A DNA stretch of 64,000 nucleotides from an uncultured delta proteobacterium (GCA_963796685.1 CAWCMR010000010.1:96001-160000); one strand, 5' to 3'; positions 53,942 through 63,720 are shown, counted from the stretch's first letter. Notes: generated by a model not told the origin, from the letters alone. Program-made: numbers and translations.

Positions 53942-55176
53942 GACGCCCCTCCGATCCACGGCTGCGCCACTGAACGCAGAAGCTCCACATCGACCTTGGC
54001 GTAGTGGGAGGTCGTCTCGACAGATCGGTGCCGGAGCACTATTCCGATCGAAGGAAGGGAGATGCCTTCACGTAGCATCGCCGTCGCGGCAGAGTGACGC
54101 AGTAGATGAGCGCCCCGGGTCGGGGTGGATGCGCCCGCACGGGCGATGGCGCGCTTGACGATGCAGGAAACGCAGGAACTTTCCGCCAACGGCCGCCACG
54201 GTGTACGGGATCTCAGAAAAACCCGGTCACATCCGACAACAGCGCGCCGGGCGCGCAAGTAGGCGAGGATCGCATCTCCGACTTCCTGGGGGAGCGGCAG
54301 CCGCACCTCGCGGCGCCCCTTGCCCGCGACCTGCACGCGAGCGTTTGCCCAGTCGATGTCGCTTAGGCGCATCCGGACGATGTCGCCGCCCCGTAGTCCG
54401 AGCCGGGCGAGGAGCAGCAGGATGGCGCGGTCGCGCGCACCGTCCGGTCGACTCGAATCGCACGCGTCGATGATCCGCTGCACGACTTCGGCGGACACGT
54501 ACCTCGGCAGCGAATCCAAACTCCAACTCGCCACTGGCAGGACGGCCGCATCAAGACCAGGTCGGCACCGTCCCTCCAGTGCGAGGTAGCGCAGAAATGC
54601 GCGTGCGACGGTCGTAACTTGCTTCGCCGTTGCGGCGCCATGTCCACCGACTACCTCACGCACCGCCGCTCGAAGCACGCCCGCCCCGTAGCGAGCGGGG
54701 TCGTCACCGAGGTGTTCCAGGAGTGCGATGGCAACGCGCCTGTAGTGGCGCAAGGTCGTATCTGTGGCGCCACGCTGGCGCCGCATCCACTCGCAAAACC
54801 CCGTCACCAGATCCGGTGTTGCTATCGCCTGCTGCCCCGGAACCGCAACGACCCCCACTGTGCGCAAGTACTGCACGAAGACCCACGTGCGCGGACGGGC
54901 GACTGCATGAAAACCGGCGCGGTTTCCGGGGCAACGGCATCGAGACAGGTGCGCCAAGAATGCGCTCAAAGTTTCCTCGTCCAAATCCCCGATTCGCACG
55001 TCCTCAGCAGTGGCCCAAATGCCGAGATGCACGGCGTAGGTGATGCACCATGTGCCAATCCGCTTGCAGTAGCCGATCTCGCGTAGAGCGGTGGCGAAGC
55101 CGTCGAGATACGACCCAACGGGACTCGATCGAGCTCGCGCGAGCCAGTACGCCGATCGCAGAAAGTACTCCAACAT
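53935..55176 (-). CDS. RIT-B first tyrosine recombinase
   Basis: GAGGAGG RBS, MLEYFLRS; LGLRGGDI, AHLLRHS, LRHRSVETTSHYAK. Confidence 0.92.
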   Translation of the reverse strand: MLEYFLRSAYWLARARSSPVGSYLDGFATALREIGYCKRIGTWCITYAVHLGIWATAEDVRIGDLDEETLSAFLAHLSRCRCPGNRAGFHAVARPRTWVFVQYLRTVGVVAVPGQQAIATPDLVTGFCEWMRRQRGATDTTLRHYRRVAIALLEHLGDDPARYGAGVLRAAVREVVGGHGAATAKQVTTVARAFLRYLALEGRCRPGLDAAVLPVASWSLDSLPRYVSAEVVQRIIDACDSSRPDGARDRAILLLLARLGLRGGDIVRMRLSDIDWANARVQVAGKGRREVRLPLPQEVGDAILAYLRARRAVVGCDRVFLRSRTPWRPLAESSCVSCIVKRAIARAGASTPTRGAHLLRHSAATAMLREGISLPSIGIVLRHRSVETTSHYAKVDVELLRSVAQPWIGGASC

Positions 55177-55341
55177 TGTTTCCTCCTCGGTGGACGGGTC
55201 GGGATCATCCCGGCCCTGAGAGGAGGACACCTCCGTTATGCTGAGCCGTCTAGGGCGCGCCACGCGGTCAACTACCCGCCGACACGCAGGGATCGTGACG
55301 GGCACATCGCGGCACTCCGCATAATCGAGCGCTCCGCATAA

Positions 55342-55758
55342 CATGGCATCCTCGGCCCCGCGGCCAAGGATCGCGCCAAGGTGGTGCCGACCCCGCCCAC
55401 GCCACCCGCGCCAGATGCGGCGGGTGCCGAGGCGGCCGGCGCGGACAAGGCGGGCGAGGGTGAATCTCGCGAGATCGACCTCAGCAAGAGACCAAGAGTC
55501 AGCCGACTGCCTTGGGCCATTCTTCTCAAACGCGTGTTCCTGACAGACGCGCTGACATGCCCGAAGTGCCAAGGGCGGATGAAGATCCTGGCCGCGATCA
55601 CAAAGCCAGAAGCAATACGCAAGATTCTAGAACACCTAGGAATCCCCAGCGAAGCCCCACGCCGCACCTCCGCGCGTCCACCGCCGCAATCTGAGCTTTT
55701 GGGCACGTCCGACCTCGCCGAGGTCGACTACGCGGACCCGCCCAGCCCCGAGTGGTGA
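55342..55758 (+). pseudogene. IS91-like transposase B, C-terminal fragment
   Basis: HGILGPAAKDRAKVVP...CPKCQGRMKILA; close paralogue of 32281-32697. Confidence 0.85.
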
Positions 55759-55837
55759 CGACCCTGGGGCTCCAGAAGTGGGGCCGGGATAGGCCATGTC
55801 CATGGCTACACCGCCTCGCAAAATGGGCTTGTTTTCC

Positions 55838-56817
55838 CCTGGGTATAGGGGTCATCGAAGGGAAAATGGCCCTTGTTCCGCCTACCTGCCTGACCGGCGG
55901 GAGTGCCTGGAGGCCGAAATGGATGAACCCGTGCAGCGTGGTTTGCTCGGCGGCCCAGTCGTAGGCATCGCGCGTTCCCGGCCGCTGCAAGAGCACGGTC
56001 CCAGCCGGCGCCGCGATTGCCCGGCCATTGCGGTAGGCGACGCAATCGCCGCTGGAGCTCCAGTCCGGGAAGCGGCGGCCATACCGATTCTGCGCGCTCG
56101 CGCCGCCATCGAGGCTTTGCCTTGCCGCTCATTGCCGGCTCCATCCTAACCCCGCCGGGTGAATTTCGGGCCCGTCTTCGTGACCCGCGATGAGTCTGGA
56201 GACGGAAATGACCTATGGGGGCCCTATTGTTTGATGAGGAGGTCGGCGCGGGTCAGTGTGAGGGAGGCTGGCTTGCCTTGGATCGACAGGGTCGCGCGCA
56301 CCAAGGTCGGGCCTGAGCTTGACACGCGGGCTTGGCAGTCGGTTCTGCAGCGTAGTTGATGGGAGTCGCCTATCTCCGAGCGGAAGCTGCATACGCGTGC
56401 CGCGTGGCTCAACGGGACGGGTTCGCACGTGGCGTGTCCGACCAACACGTCCCTCTGGAGCAGGTCGATATCGTACTTTGCCCTGAGGTCGCCTTGATAA
56501 GTGGCGTCGAAGTCGATCCAAAAGTGCACCTTCGACTTCGCATCGAGGTCGACCATGGTCTGGTTCCGTCCCGGCCCCGAAAACCGAACCGTGCCAACCG
56601 TGGCACCACAGGCTCCAGGACCGAAGAGAAGAAGGAGCCACCACCATGGCAAGCACCTCATGGCCCGAGTATGTCTCCCCTGAATTGGTTTCACAACGTC
56701 GGGTTCGGGTGCAATGGTCCGCTACCGAGAGCGCTTCGCCGCGGCAGTACTCCGTCATCGGGACGATTCGTGGCCAGTGTCAGAGACTGTCCCCGGCCTG
56801 GGTATAGGGGTCATCGA
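55838..56817 (+). repeat. Perfect 21-bp direct repeat of an IS91/ISCR ori-like end bracketing about 0.94 kb
   Basis: CCTGGGTATAGGGGTCATCGA at 55838-55858 and 56797-56817. Confidence 0.85.
56224..56694 (-). CDS. Hypothetical exported protein
   Basis: Hydrophobic N-terminus, GACG, beta-rich body with cysteines; start uncertain. Confidence 0.55.
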   Translation of the reverse strand: MKPIQGRHTRAMRCLPWWWLLLLFGPGACGATVGTVRFSGPGRNQTMVDLDAKSKVHFWIDFDATYQGDLRAKYDIDLLQRDVLVGHATCEPVPLSHAARVCSFRSEIGDSHQLRCRTDCQARVSSSGPTLVRATLSIQGKPASLTLTRADLLIKQ

Positions 56818-56836
56818 TTGGGTGTGTGGGACATGT

Positions 56837-56865
56837 AGGTTACGTAACATCCCTTTATCGGCGTT
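56837..56865 (-). other. Second dif-like site, inverted relative to 32126
   Basis: Reverse complement AACGCCGATAA-AGGGATG-TTACGTAACCT (6-7 bp spacer depending on register). Confidence 0.5.
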
Positions 56866-56970
56866 TTTGCTGGTGAAGGCAAAACGGTGCTTCAAATACC
56901 TACGCTCAAATGGCTGTCGTGAACACCGTTGGTCGGTGTGGCTCCCGCGCTCTTCACGGTCAGGGCGCGT

Positions 56971-57366
56971 TCAGGTAGTCCACCGGATGCGCACTTCAGG
57001 ATAGCGGCAAATGGTCTCGTCTTTGGTCGCGAGCTCTGCGTTGTGTTCCAGGGCCGTGGCGACGAGGACACGGTCGATTGGGTCCTTGTGAATGTCGGGG
57101 AGAAATGCCGAGCGTGCAGCGATCCTTGGTGTAAGCGGCAACAGCAGAATGCCCGCGCCGTCGATGGCTTTGAGAAAGAACTCATCGATCGGAACTGGCA
57201 ACGCCACGCGGCCTTTCTTGGACAGCCACGCGACCTCAAGGCAAGACACCGATGCAACCGCAATGGGATCGGGCGAATTGCTGATGAGGTTGCGCATGGC
57301 CTGCGGCAACTCGGACGCGTCACCGCGTATCCACCACAGCCAGGTGTGGGTGTCGAGAATGATCAC
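56971..57366 (-). CDS. vapC: PIN-domain toxin
   Basis: IILDTHTWLWW, SCLEV, HKDPIDRVLVATA, TKD. Confidence 0.9.
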   Translation of the reverse strand: MIILDTHTWLWWIRGDASELPQAMRNLISNSPDPIAVASVSCLEVAWLSKKGRVALPVPIDEFFLKAIDGAGILLLPLTPRIAARSAFLPDIHKDPIDRVLVATALEHNAELATKDETICRYPEVRIRWTT

Positions 57367-57584
57367 CCGGTGATATTCCAGTCCTGCAAATCTATCGCGG
57401 GTCCTACGACGTCGCCCGTGATCCGCAGTGCCGAGAGCTCGGGCGGGGGGGTGCGAACGCCTGCGGCCCTCTCCGGGTCGAGAACCAGGAAGATGGCTTC
57501 CACCTTGGCGTGCGGGGGCAGCGGTGGCACGGCGCCAAGCCGCCCATTCTCGTCCGTCTCCAGCAATACCCTGTGCGCTTGCAT
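57363..57584 (-). CDS. Putative antitoxin
   Basis: 73 aa, GTGA-coupled to vapC; C-terminal ITGDVVGPAID..DW. Confidence 0.7.
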   Translation of the reverse strand: MQAHRVLLETDENGRLGAVPPLPPHAKVEAIFLVLDPERAAGVRTPPPELSALRITGDVVGPAIDLQDWNITG

Positions 57585-57609
57585 AGATAGAGCGTAGCAC
57601 GCGACTTGG

Positions 57610-60600
57610 TTACAGCCCAGATTCGAGCACCTGGGCAGAACGATGGATGCGCCTCGGCGGCGGCTCGAAGCTCAGGCCCGGTCCAGACCCTGGCAACGCG
57701 CAGCGCCATCGTGGTGGGGGCAACGTCGTGGTGGCCCCTGGCCCGGGGTGGTCGAGGTGAGCCGAGGCAAGCCGGGCCAGCGTTTGTTCCTCGCGCGCCT
57801 CGCGTATCCACGCTCGGTCAAGCACTCGGAGAGCGCCATCCACGTCTCCACGGGCAACATGCCTGTCTGCTTGGTGTGCGGCCCACACCAGCCCCGTCAG
57901 GCCGGGGCCCGTGTCCAAGTCTGGCGGTGCTGTCTCAGACTGTCCGGCAACCAGGGCCGAAGCCAGCTCGCGAAGGGACTCGATGTGACAGTGCTCGTCC
58001 GTCGGTGTGGCCGACCAGATCTCCCGCGCCTCCTCTGGCCTATTCAGCTGGAGAAGAACGAGTCCCTGTAGATGGAAGAGGTGCTCGCGCATGTGTGCAT
58101 CCGCCGTCTCTGCCAGCAGGATGTCCCCGGTCCATCGACCCGCCTCGGCGTCGCGCTCGACGCCCCCGAGGCGCACATGGATGTCCCTCGGGTAATGCTC
58201 CTCTGCGAAGCGAAGGATTCTCGTTGGCCGTGTCGTCGTTTTCGGCATCTTTCAGGAGTCCAAGAAGAAGGAGCATTGCCGCAGGTGAATCGGCCGAACG
58301 GCAGCGCTCCATGGCCCACGCCGGGCGACGTGCTTCGGGGACCTGGTAGAATTCCCTTTGCAGGGCGTCGTGCATCTTGGAATCAGGCCTTGGCGAGCAC
58401 CACAGCGGCCATTCCATCATGGGTATCGCGATGAAGTCCATGGCCTCGCCGACGAAAGTCGGTGCCGTCTTGCCCAGGCGCGTGAGCTCTACGCCCTTGG
58501 CAATTCTGCGAAGCGCGACGGCAACCGTGGCGGCCTCGTCCTGAAGGATGGTGCAATGGCCGTGGGTTGGCGAGTCCGAGCACACCGTGAGGGTACCTGC
58601 CTCCTCTCGAAGCACGACGAGGTGGTCCTCGACGTCTATTGGATCGCAATAGCAGACGTACGTCCGTTGGTCGGGGAGAACGGTCGCAATGGTCGAGATT
58701 CTCTCCCCATCGCCGGAAAGGCTGACATGGGAACGCAGCGAACCTTGAGCGGCCGTGGCAAACACATCGATGGTCACATTCGGCGCTTCCTCTGTGCAGG
58801 CCAGCGCAAGAAAGCCCGTTCCCGATGGATGTCGGGCGATATCAAGGACGCGATAGCAGGGTGGTAGCGACACGACAACGAGAGATGCTCCGCGAACTCC
58901 CGCGACACGCGCAGCCTCGTTGGCATAGATCGCGCGGGCTACCAGAGGTGGTGCCGTTCCGGGAATTTGCCCAACGTGCGTGTCCTTTCCTCCCTCTCGT
59001 AGCACTCGGTTGTCTTCGACGTCGATCACGTAGCTGTGTTGGACATCGTCTCGTGGGCGCTCCGTGGTCTGCAGCCACACCACGCTATCCTGCGGGATGG
59101 CGATGCCCCCTTCGAATTGCGCGCCAGCAGGGATATGGGGCTTGAGGGAACACCAGCGTCTCGGCAACCAGTCGTCGCACGAGAATTCCAGGAATTGGAA
59201 GCCATCACCGATGATCCATAGACAGTTGCCCGCCAGCCCGTGGGCGGCAAATCCAAGGGGCTCAGGCGCGCGCAGGATCAGCACGCGCTGTATCTCGCCA
59301 GACTCCACACCGACGATTCGCACGAAGACCAGCCTGCCCCGGATGGACGCGAGCACGGCGGAGTGGCCACCTGGTAGGAGGATGATCTCCACGCCATCGT
59401 TGCTGCCACGTGGCCAGGTCATTTCGGGAGCATCGCTGGCGCGTAGCCCAGGGCCAGGCCGATGATCCAGGACAACCCAAGCCTTGCGCAGCGGCGTCTC
59501 AGCCTCGGCAAGCCGTGCCTGCCAGGCGTGCATCTCCTTCGTCGTGCCGCCCGCATCCAACAGTCGAATGAGGAGCCGCCGTGCGCGGATGAAGTCACCC
59601 GTTTGGAAGTAGAGCTCCTCGGCCGTCTTCTCGGCGAGATGAATTGCGGCATCCATCTCTGCCGCAGTCTTCGCCTCTGCGCCGAGCGATCGGGTCGTGG
59701 CGAGGGCTTGTCGCGCGCGTTTGAATTCGCCTGCGTCGATAGCCGCTCGCACCTGGGCCAGTGCGGCCATCAGCTCTTCCCTTCGGGCAACGGCCGCAGC
59801 CTCCTTCAGAACCCGCCGCGCGGGGACGCTGCCTGGATGTTCCGCCACTATCTGGCGTGCAAGATCCACTGCATTCACGAGCTTGTTGCTTGCGACCATC
59901 TCTTCCAGCTCGGCCTCGCGTGGTTTCACCGCCGCGGCTCGCGCCTGCGCCAATCGCTCCTGCAGGACGACCAGGTCCGGGTGGCCTGCAAAGGCCTGCC
60001 GGGCTCGATCCATCGCCGCAGTCGCGTAGGCAAGGTCACCGGCGACGATCGCCGCGGTGGCGAGTATCCGGTGGACTTCGCCGGCGGGTTCATTTGCCAG
60101 CTGTCGCACCCACTGCTCGGCTTGCTCTCTCTTGCCAGCGCGGGCCGCCGCGAGCGCAAGAGGGGCCAGCACATCGGGAGAATCCAGCAGGCTGGCGTCC
60201 AGAGAACCCGCCAGATCGAGCGCCTCGGCGTCGAGGCCAAGCCGATTGACCAGCAGGTCGAGCAAAGCGCATAGGGGCTCCGGTGCCAAGGGCGCCGCAA
60301 GGCGAGCCTGCTCGAAGGCCTGGCGTGCGGCGTCGAAATCGTACTCATCGAGCGCTCGTTGGCCCTGGTCGAGGTCTTCCTCGATTGATGACCTCGAATG
60401 GGCGAGGTTCTCGCTGGATCGTCGATGGGGAACCTCGACCAGGGATTTATCGTCGTCCGGGCCCAGGTCAAGCTGCATCTGTACCCAGGATCTGGCCTCG
60501 TCATCGAGGTCGGCGATCATCGCGTGGCTCGCCGTAACGCCAAGATACCTGTGGCGAAGAAGGACAACCCCTTCATCCTCGCTCCGTTCGATCACGAGCT

Positions 60601-60868
60601 CGGCGCGAAAGCGTTGCACCAGCAGACTTTGCAGCTTCGACTTGACCGCATACCGGCGCTCGGCCTCACGTTTCGATGCGTCTTTCCCCGCCACTGGTGG
60701 CGGGGGTGGAAGTCCCGTACTGTGCATGTTACCTGAGGGTATGCATTGCGACGACCCGCTGTCGTGCAATCCTGGGGACTTACAAGCAACCGTTGGAGAC
60801 GCAGGTCCGCCGGACCCAGGCGGGGCTGCGGTTGTCTGCAGCGGCACTTGGTCGGATGGCATTCCCAT
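57610..60868 (-). CDS. Large hypothetical protein with TPR-like helical region and beta-rich region; frameshift near 58250
   Basis: 942-aa ORF continued by a 212-aa ORF; Ala/Leu-rich helical repeats; start uncertain. Confidence 0.6.
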
Positions 60869-60940
60869 TCAACCGCCTGGCTCATCCGCTGATGGAGGTG
60901 AGTACCCGCGGACTGGGTTCACGGGACTGGGTTCACGCCA

Positions 60941-62104
60941 TCACCCTTCTATTGCTCGCAACCGGTCGAGTATCCGGGGAAGCTTGAGGTAGGGCACGAA
61001 CTCGACCTCGATTTCGCCGAAAGAGCGCTTGTGCTCGTTGGTGTCACGGAACGTGACGACCAGGTTCCGTCCCCGGGGATGTCTCCTACGAAACGCCATC
61101 AAGCTCGTCGGGTCGAGCTTCTGGGCTGCGCTCTTGCACTCGATAGCAACCACATCACGACGTCGGGCGACCTTGAAGACGAAGTCTACCTCATGCTGCT
61201 GCTTGTCGCGCCAGTAGTGCAGGCGCGAGACCCCGAATCGAGCGGCGATTTCACCCAGCACCAGGTGTTCGAGAAGTTGGCCGCGGTCCTCGTCGCGCAA
61301 CGAGTCCCAGCCACGGTGATAGGCGACAAAGCCAGTGTCGAACCCGTAGACCTTGGGCTGAGTCCTGATCTCGGCGGCACCGCCTCCGTGGTAGGGTCGG
61401 ATCACTGTGGCAAGCAGCGTGGTCTCGAGGATCGACAGATAGCTCTGCACAGTCGTTCGCGATACCTCGCAGGGAGCCGCGAAGGCCTGAGCCTCGAATA
61501 GACCGCCACTTTGCGCGAAGATGAGCTCGGCGAACTTCATGAAGGCCGCGCGTTTGTCGACGACGAAGAGATCCGAAAGATCCTTCGCCCAGTAGGAGCT
61601 CATCCACTCTTCGTAGTCCTTGTCGTCGACGCGCGGGGCGAGAAAGAACGGTGGCAGCCCGCCGTGCAGCATGCGCCGGTCGAGGTCTGCGCTGCCGAAT
61701 GCTTCGAGGTCGGCGGCAATCATCGGCGTAAGCCATACCTCACGCTTGCGTCCGGCAAGCGTATCCTTGAATTTTCGCTTTGCCGCCAAGGTCGATGACC
61801 CAGTGGCGACAACGCGCACCTTGGGAAAGTGGTCGGCGGCGATCTTCAGCACCTCGGAGGGATTCATCAATCGATGGATTTCGTCGAGAACGACCAGCGA
61901 TCCGGCAGGCTGATCGCGCCAAAACAACTCGGGCTCCTCGAGCGCACGCCGTACCCGGACGAGCTCGCAGTCGAAATAGCGTGCCCCTGGCAGGGAGCGC
62001 GCAAGTGTCGTCTTGCCGACGCGACGGACGCCGCCCAGCCAAACCACGGATCTCGACCCGAAGGCGGCCTCCATTTCGCGCACCCAAAAGGCTCGATTGG
62101 CCAC
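60941..62104 (-). CDS. AAA_14 ATPase with DUF4143 and nuclease-like C-terminus
   Basis: GVRRVGKT, LDEIH, TGSS, KVYGFDTG, YWRDKQQHEVDFV...IECK. Confidence 0.88.
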   Translation of the reverse strand: MANRAFWVREMEAAFGSRSVVWLGGVRRVGKTTLARSLPGARYFDCELVRVRRALEEPELFWRDQPAGSLVVLDEIHRLMNPSEVLKIAADHFPKVRVVATGSSTLAAKRKFKDTLAGRKREVWLTPMIAADLEAFGSADLDRRMLHGGLPPFFLAPRVDDKDYEEWMSSYWAKDLSDLFVVDKRAAFMKFAELIFAQSGGLFEAQAFAAPCEVSRTTVQSYLSILETTLLATVIRPYHGGGAAEIRTQPKVYGFDTGFVAYHRGWDSLRDEDRGQLLEHLVLGEIAARFGVSRLHYWRDKQQHEVDFVFKVARRRDVVAIECKSAAQKLDPTSLMAFRRRHPRGRNLVVTFRDTNEHKRSFGEIEVEFVPYLKLPRILDRLRAIEG

Positions 62105-62222
62105 GTCACTATACTTGCATATGGTCAGACCAAACGCAAGCATGATGGAAGAGAAGTCCGCGCAGGCGCCTGGCCTTGGCGCGCCCGTGCCATGGGAGTA
62201 CTCTGAGAAGCGAGGAGGCCCC

Positions 62223-62654
62223 ATGACTTGAGCGTCGAAGACATCTGCGTTCCTTCTTGTTCTTTCTCTCGTTCTCGCTGGCGGGTGCGGCGGGGGATCG
62301 GCGGGCGGAAACGACGGCGGCACTCCCTCGGGTACCACGTCCGGGGTCACCGGGACGAAACGCTTGCCCGATCTGACTGATGCGGACAGGAAGGCCATCT
62401 GCGACTGGACCGCCAGTCTCTACGGTGGCTACGGGAAGGCGATCGATTGCGGCAGCAGCGGGGGTGTCTCTCTCACCATCACCGGGCCCGCAAGCCAGGC
62501 CGACTGCCTTGCCGAAGCCGCGTTGGTCCCCGCCACCTGCCAGGCCACGGTTGCGCAATCCGAGGGATGCGTGAAAGCCATTGCGGGCTGCGACCAGACG
62601 AATGATCCGACCGCCTGTGCGGCTATGGCGAGGTGCCTGCCCACAGGGCCGTGA
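62223..62654 (+). pseudogene. Cys-rich lipoprotein with in-frame TGA at codon 3
   Basis: GAGGAGG RBS, ATG ACT TGA, then signal peptide with LAGGC lipobox in the same frame. Confidence 0.55.
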
Positions 62655-62682
62655 GGGGGGCGACGTAGGCGCGACTTCTCTT

Positions 62683-62739
62683 CCCCTCACCGGCCGCGCT
62701 TCGCGCGTCGGCCTCTCCCCGCGTGCCCGCGGGGCGAGG
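62683..62739. repeat. REP-like palindrome
   Basis: CCCCTCACC...CCTCTCCCC...GGGGCGAGG; same family as 10482-10532 and 11010-11060. Confidence 0.65.
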
Positions 62740-62877
62740 CGATAGGGCCGCTGCGCGGCCGCTACAAAACAGCGTCCGGGCTCAGAGGCGGGCTCTCAGG
62801 ACCTTGAAAGGGCTGGCCTTGAGGGCACGAAGACTACGGAGCGATCCAGGCCTGGCCGTTCGTTGTTTGTAGCCCAC

Positions 62878-63720
62878 CTACTGTCCGGTTGCCGCCTTAC
62901 GGCTGGACCTGAACAAGAGCAACATGATGAGCGGCAGTACCAGGGCGAGGGGGGCGTGACCGGCGAGAAGGTGCGCGGGTGAGGCATCGGGGCAATGAAG
63001 CTCGAGGCCGATCAGCCCCGCCAGGGCGCCCGCGGTCGCGGGCAGCAGCCAGAAGCCGGGGACGCGTCTTCCGCGCCGGCCCAGCAGGGCCACCATGGCG
63101 ATGACCGGCAGGGCGATGGCGCTGCCGAAGGCGAAGCACGAGGCCGCGCGGAAGAGCGCCCCGTGGCCGGCCGGCGCAGACAAGATCGGCACGGTTCCCA
63201 CGACGATGGGCAGGGCGGCGATCATCCAGGGCAGGAGCAGGGCGGCGGTGAGGATGATGAAGAGCGTCCGAGCTCGCGGCTGCACCTTGTGCATGGGGCG
63301 CAGCCACAACCAACACGTCGCCAGCGCCATGACCAGGAGCCCGGCGATCTCGCCCCCCAGGCGAGCGGCCGGAAAGAAGCCGAGATCGGGTCGATGCTTG
63401 GCGAGCCCGACCACGACGGGGATGAGCAAGCCCGCACCGGCGAGCAACCACCGCGTGCGGCTGCCCAGGCTGCCGATTCGGGCGGGAAATCGTCGTTCGC
63501 CGGCAAGCAGCCGTTCGATCTCTTGCTCTTGCTCCTGGAACGAAGGCGCCGGTGGGGTGTCGCTGGCCGGCATCTCGGCGTCGGCGAGAAAACGGGCGAG
63601 AGAGCCGTTGTCCTCGACCAGATCTCGGCACGCCGGGCACTCGTCGAGATGGCGCTTGGCCTCCGGCGAGGCGGCGTCGCCGCCGCCCAGGACCCTTTGC
63701 CTGATCTGCGCGCAGTCCAT
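62878..63720 (-). CDS. Membrane anti-sigma factor (HxxxCxxC zinc finger, NrsF/DUF1109-like)
   Basis: HLDECPAC; TM helices; LELHCP...HLLAGH. Confidence 0.8.
   Translation of the reverse strand: MDCAQIRQRVLGGGDAASPEAKRHLDECPACRDLVEDNGSLARFLADAEMPASDTPPAPSFQEQEQEIERLLAGERRFPARIGSLGSRTRWLLAGAGLLIPVVVGLAKHRPDLGFFPAARLGGEIAGLLVMALATCWLWLRPMHKVQPRARTLFIILTAALLLPWMIAALPIVVGTVPILSAPAGHGALFRAASCFAFGSAIALPVIAMVALLGRRGRRVPGFWLLPATAGALAGLIGLELHCPDASPAHLLAGHAPLALVLPLIMLLLFRSSRKAATGQ

Larger units (their letters stand above)
48497..55341 (-). mobile_element. RIT-B element, interrupted by RIT-A copy 2
   Basis: IR TTATGCGGAGCGCTCGATTATGCGGAG at 48497 and its reverse complement at 55315-55341. Confidence 0.9.
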
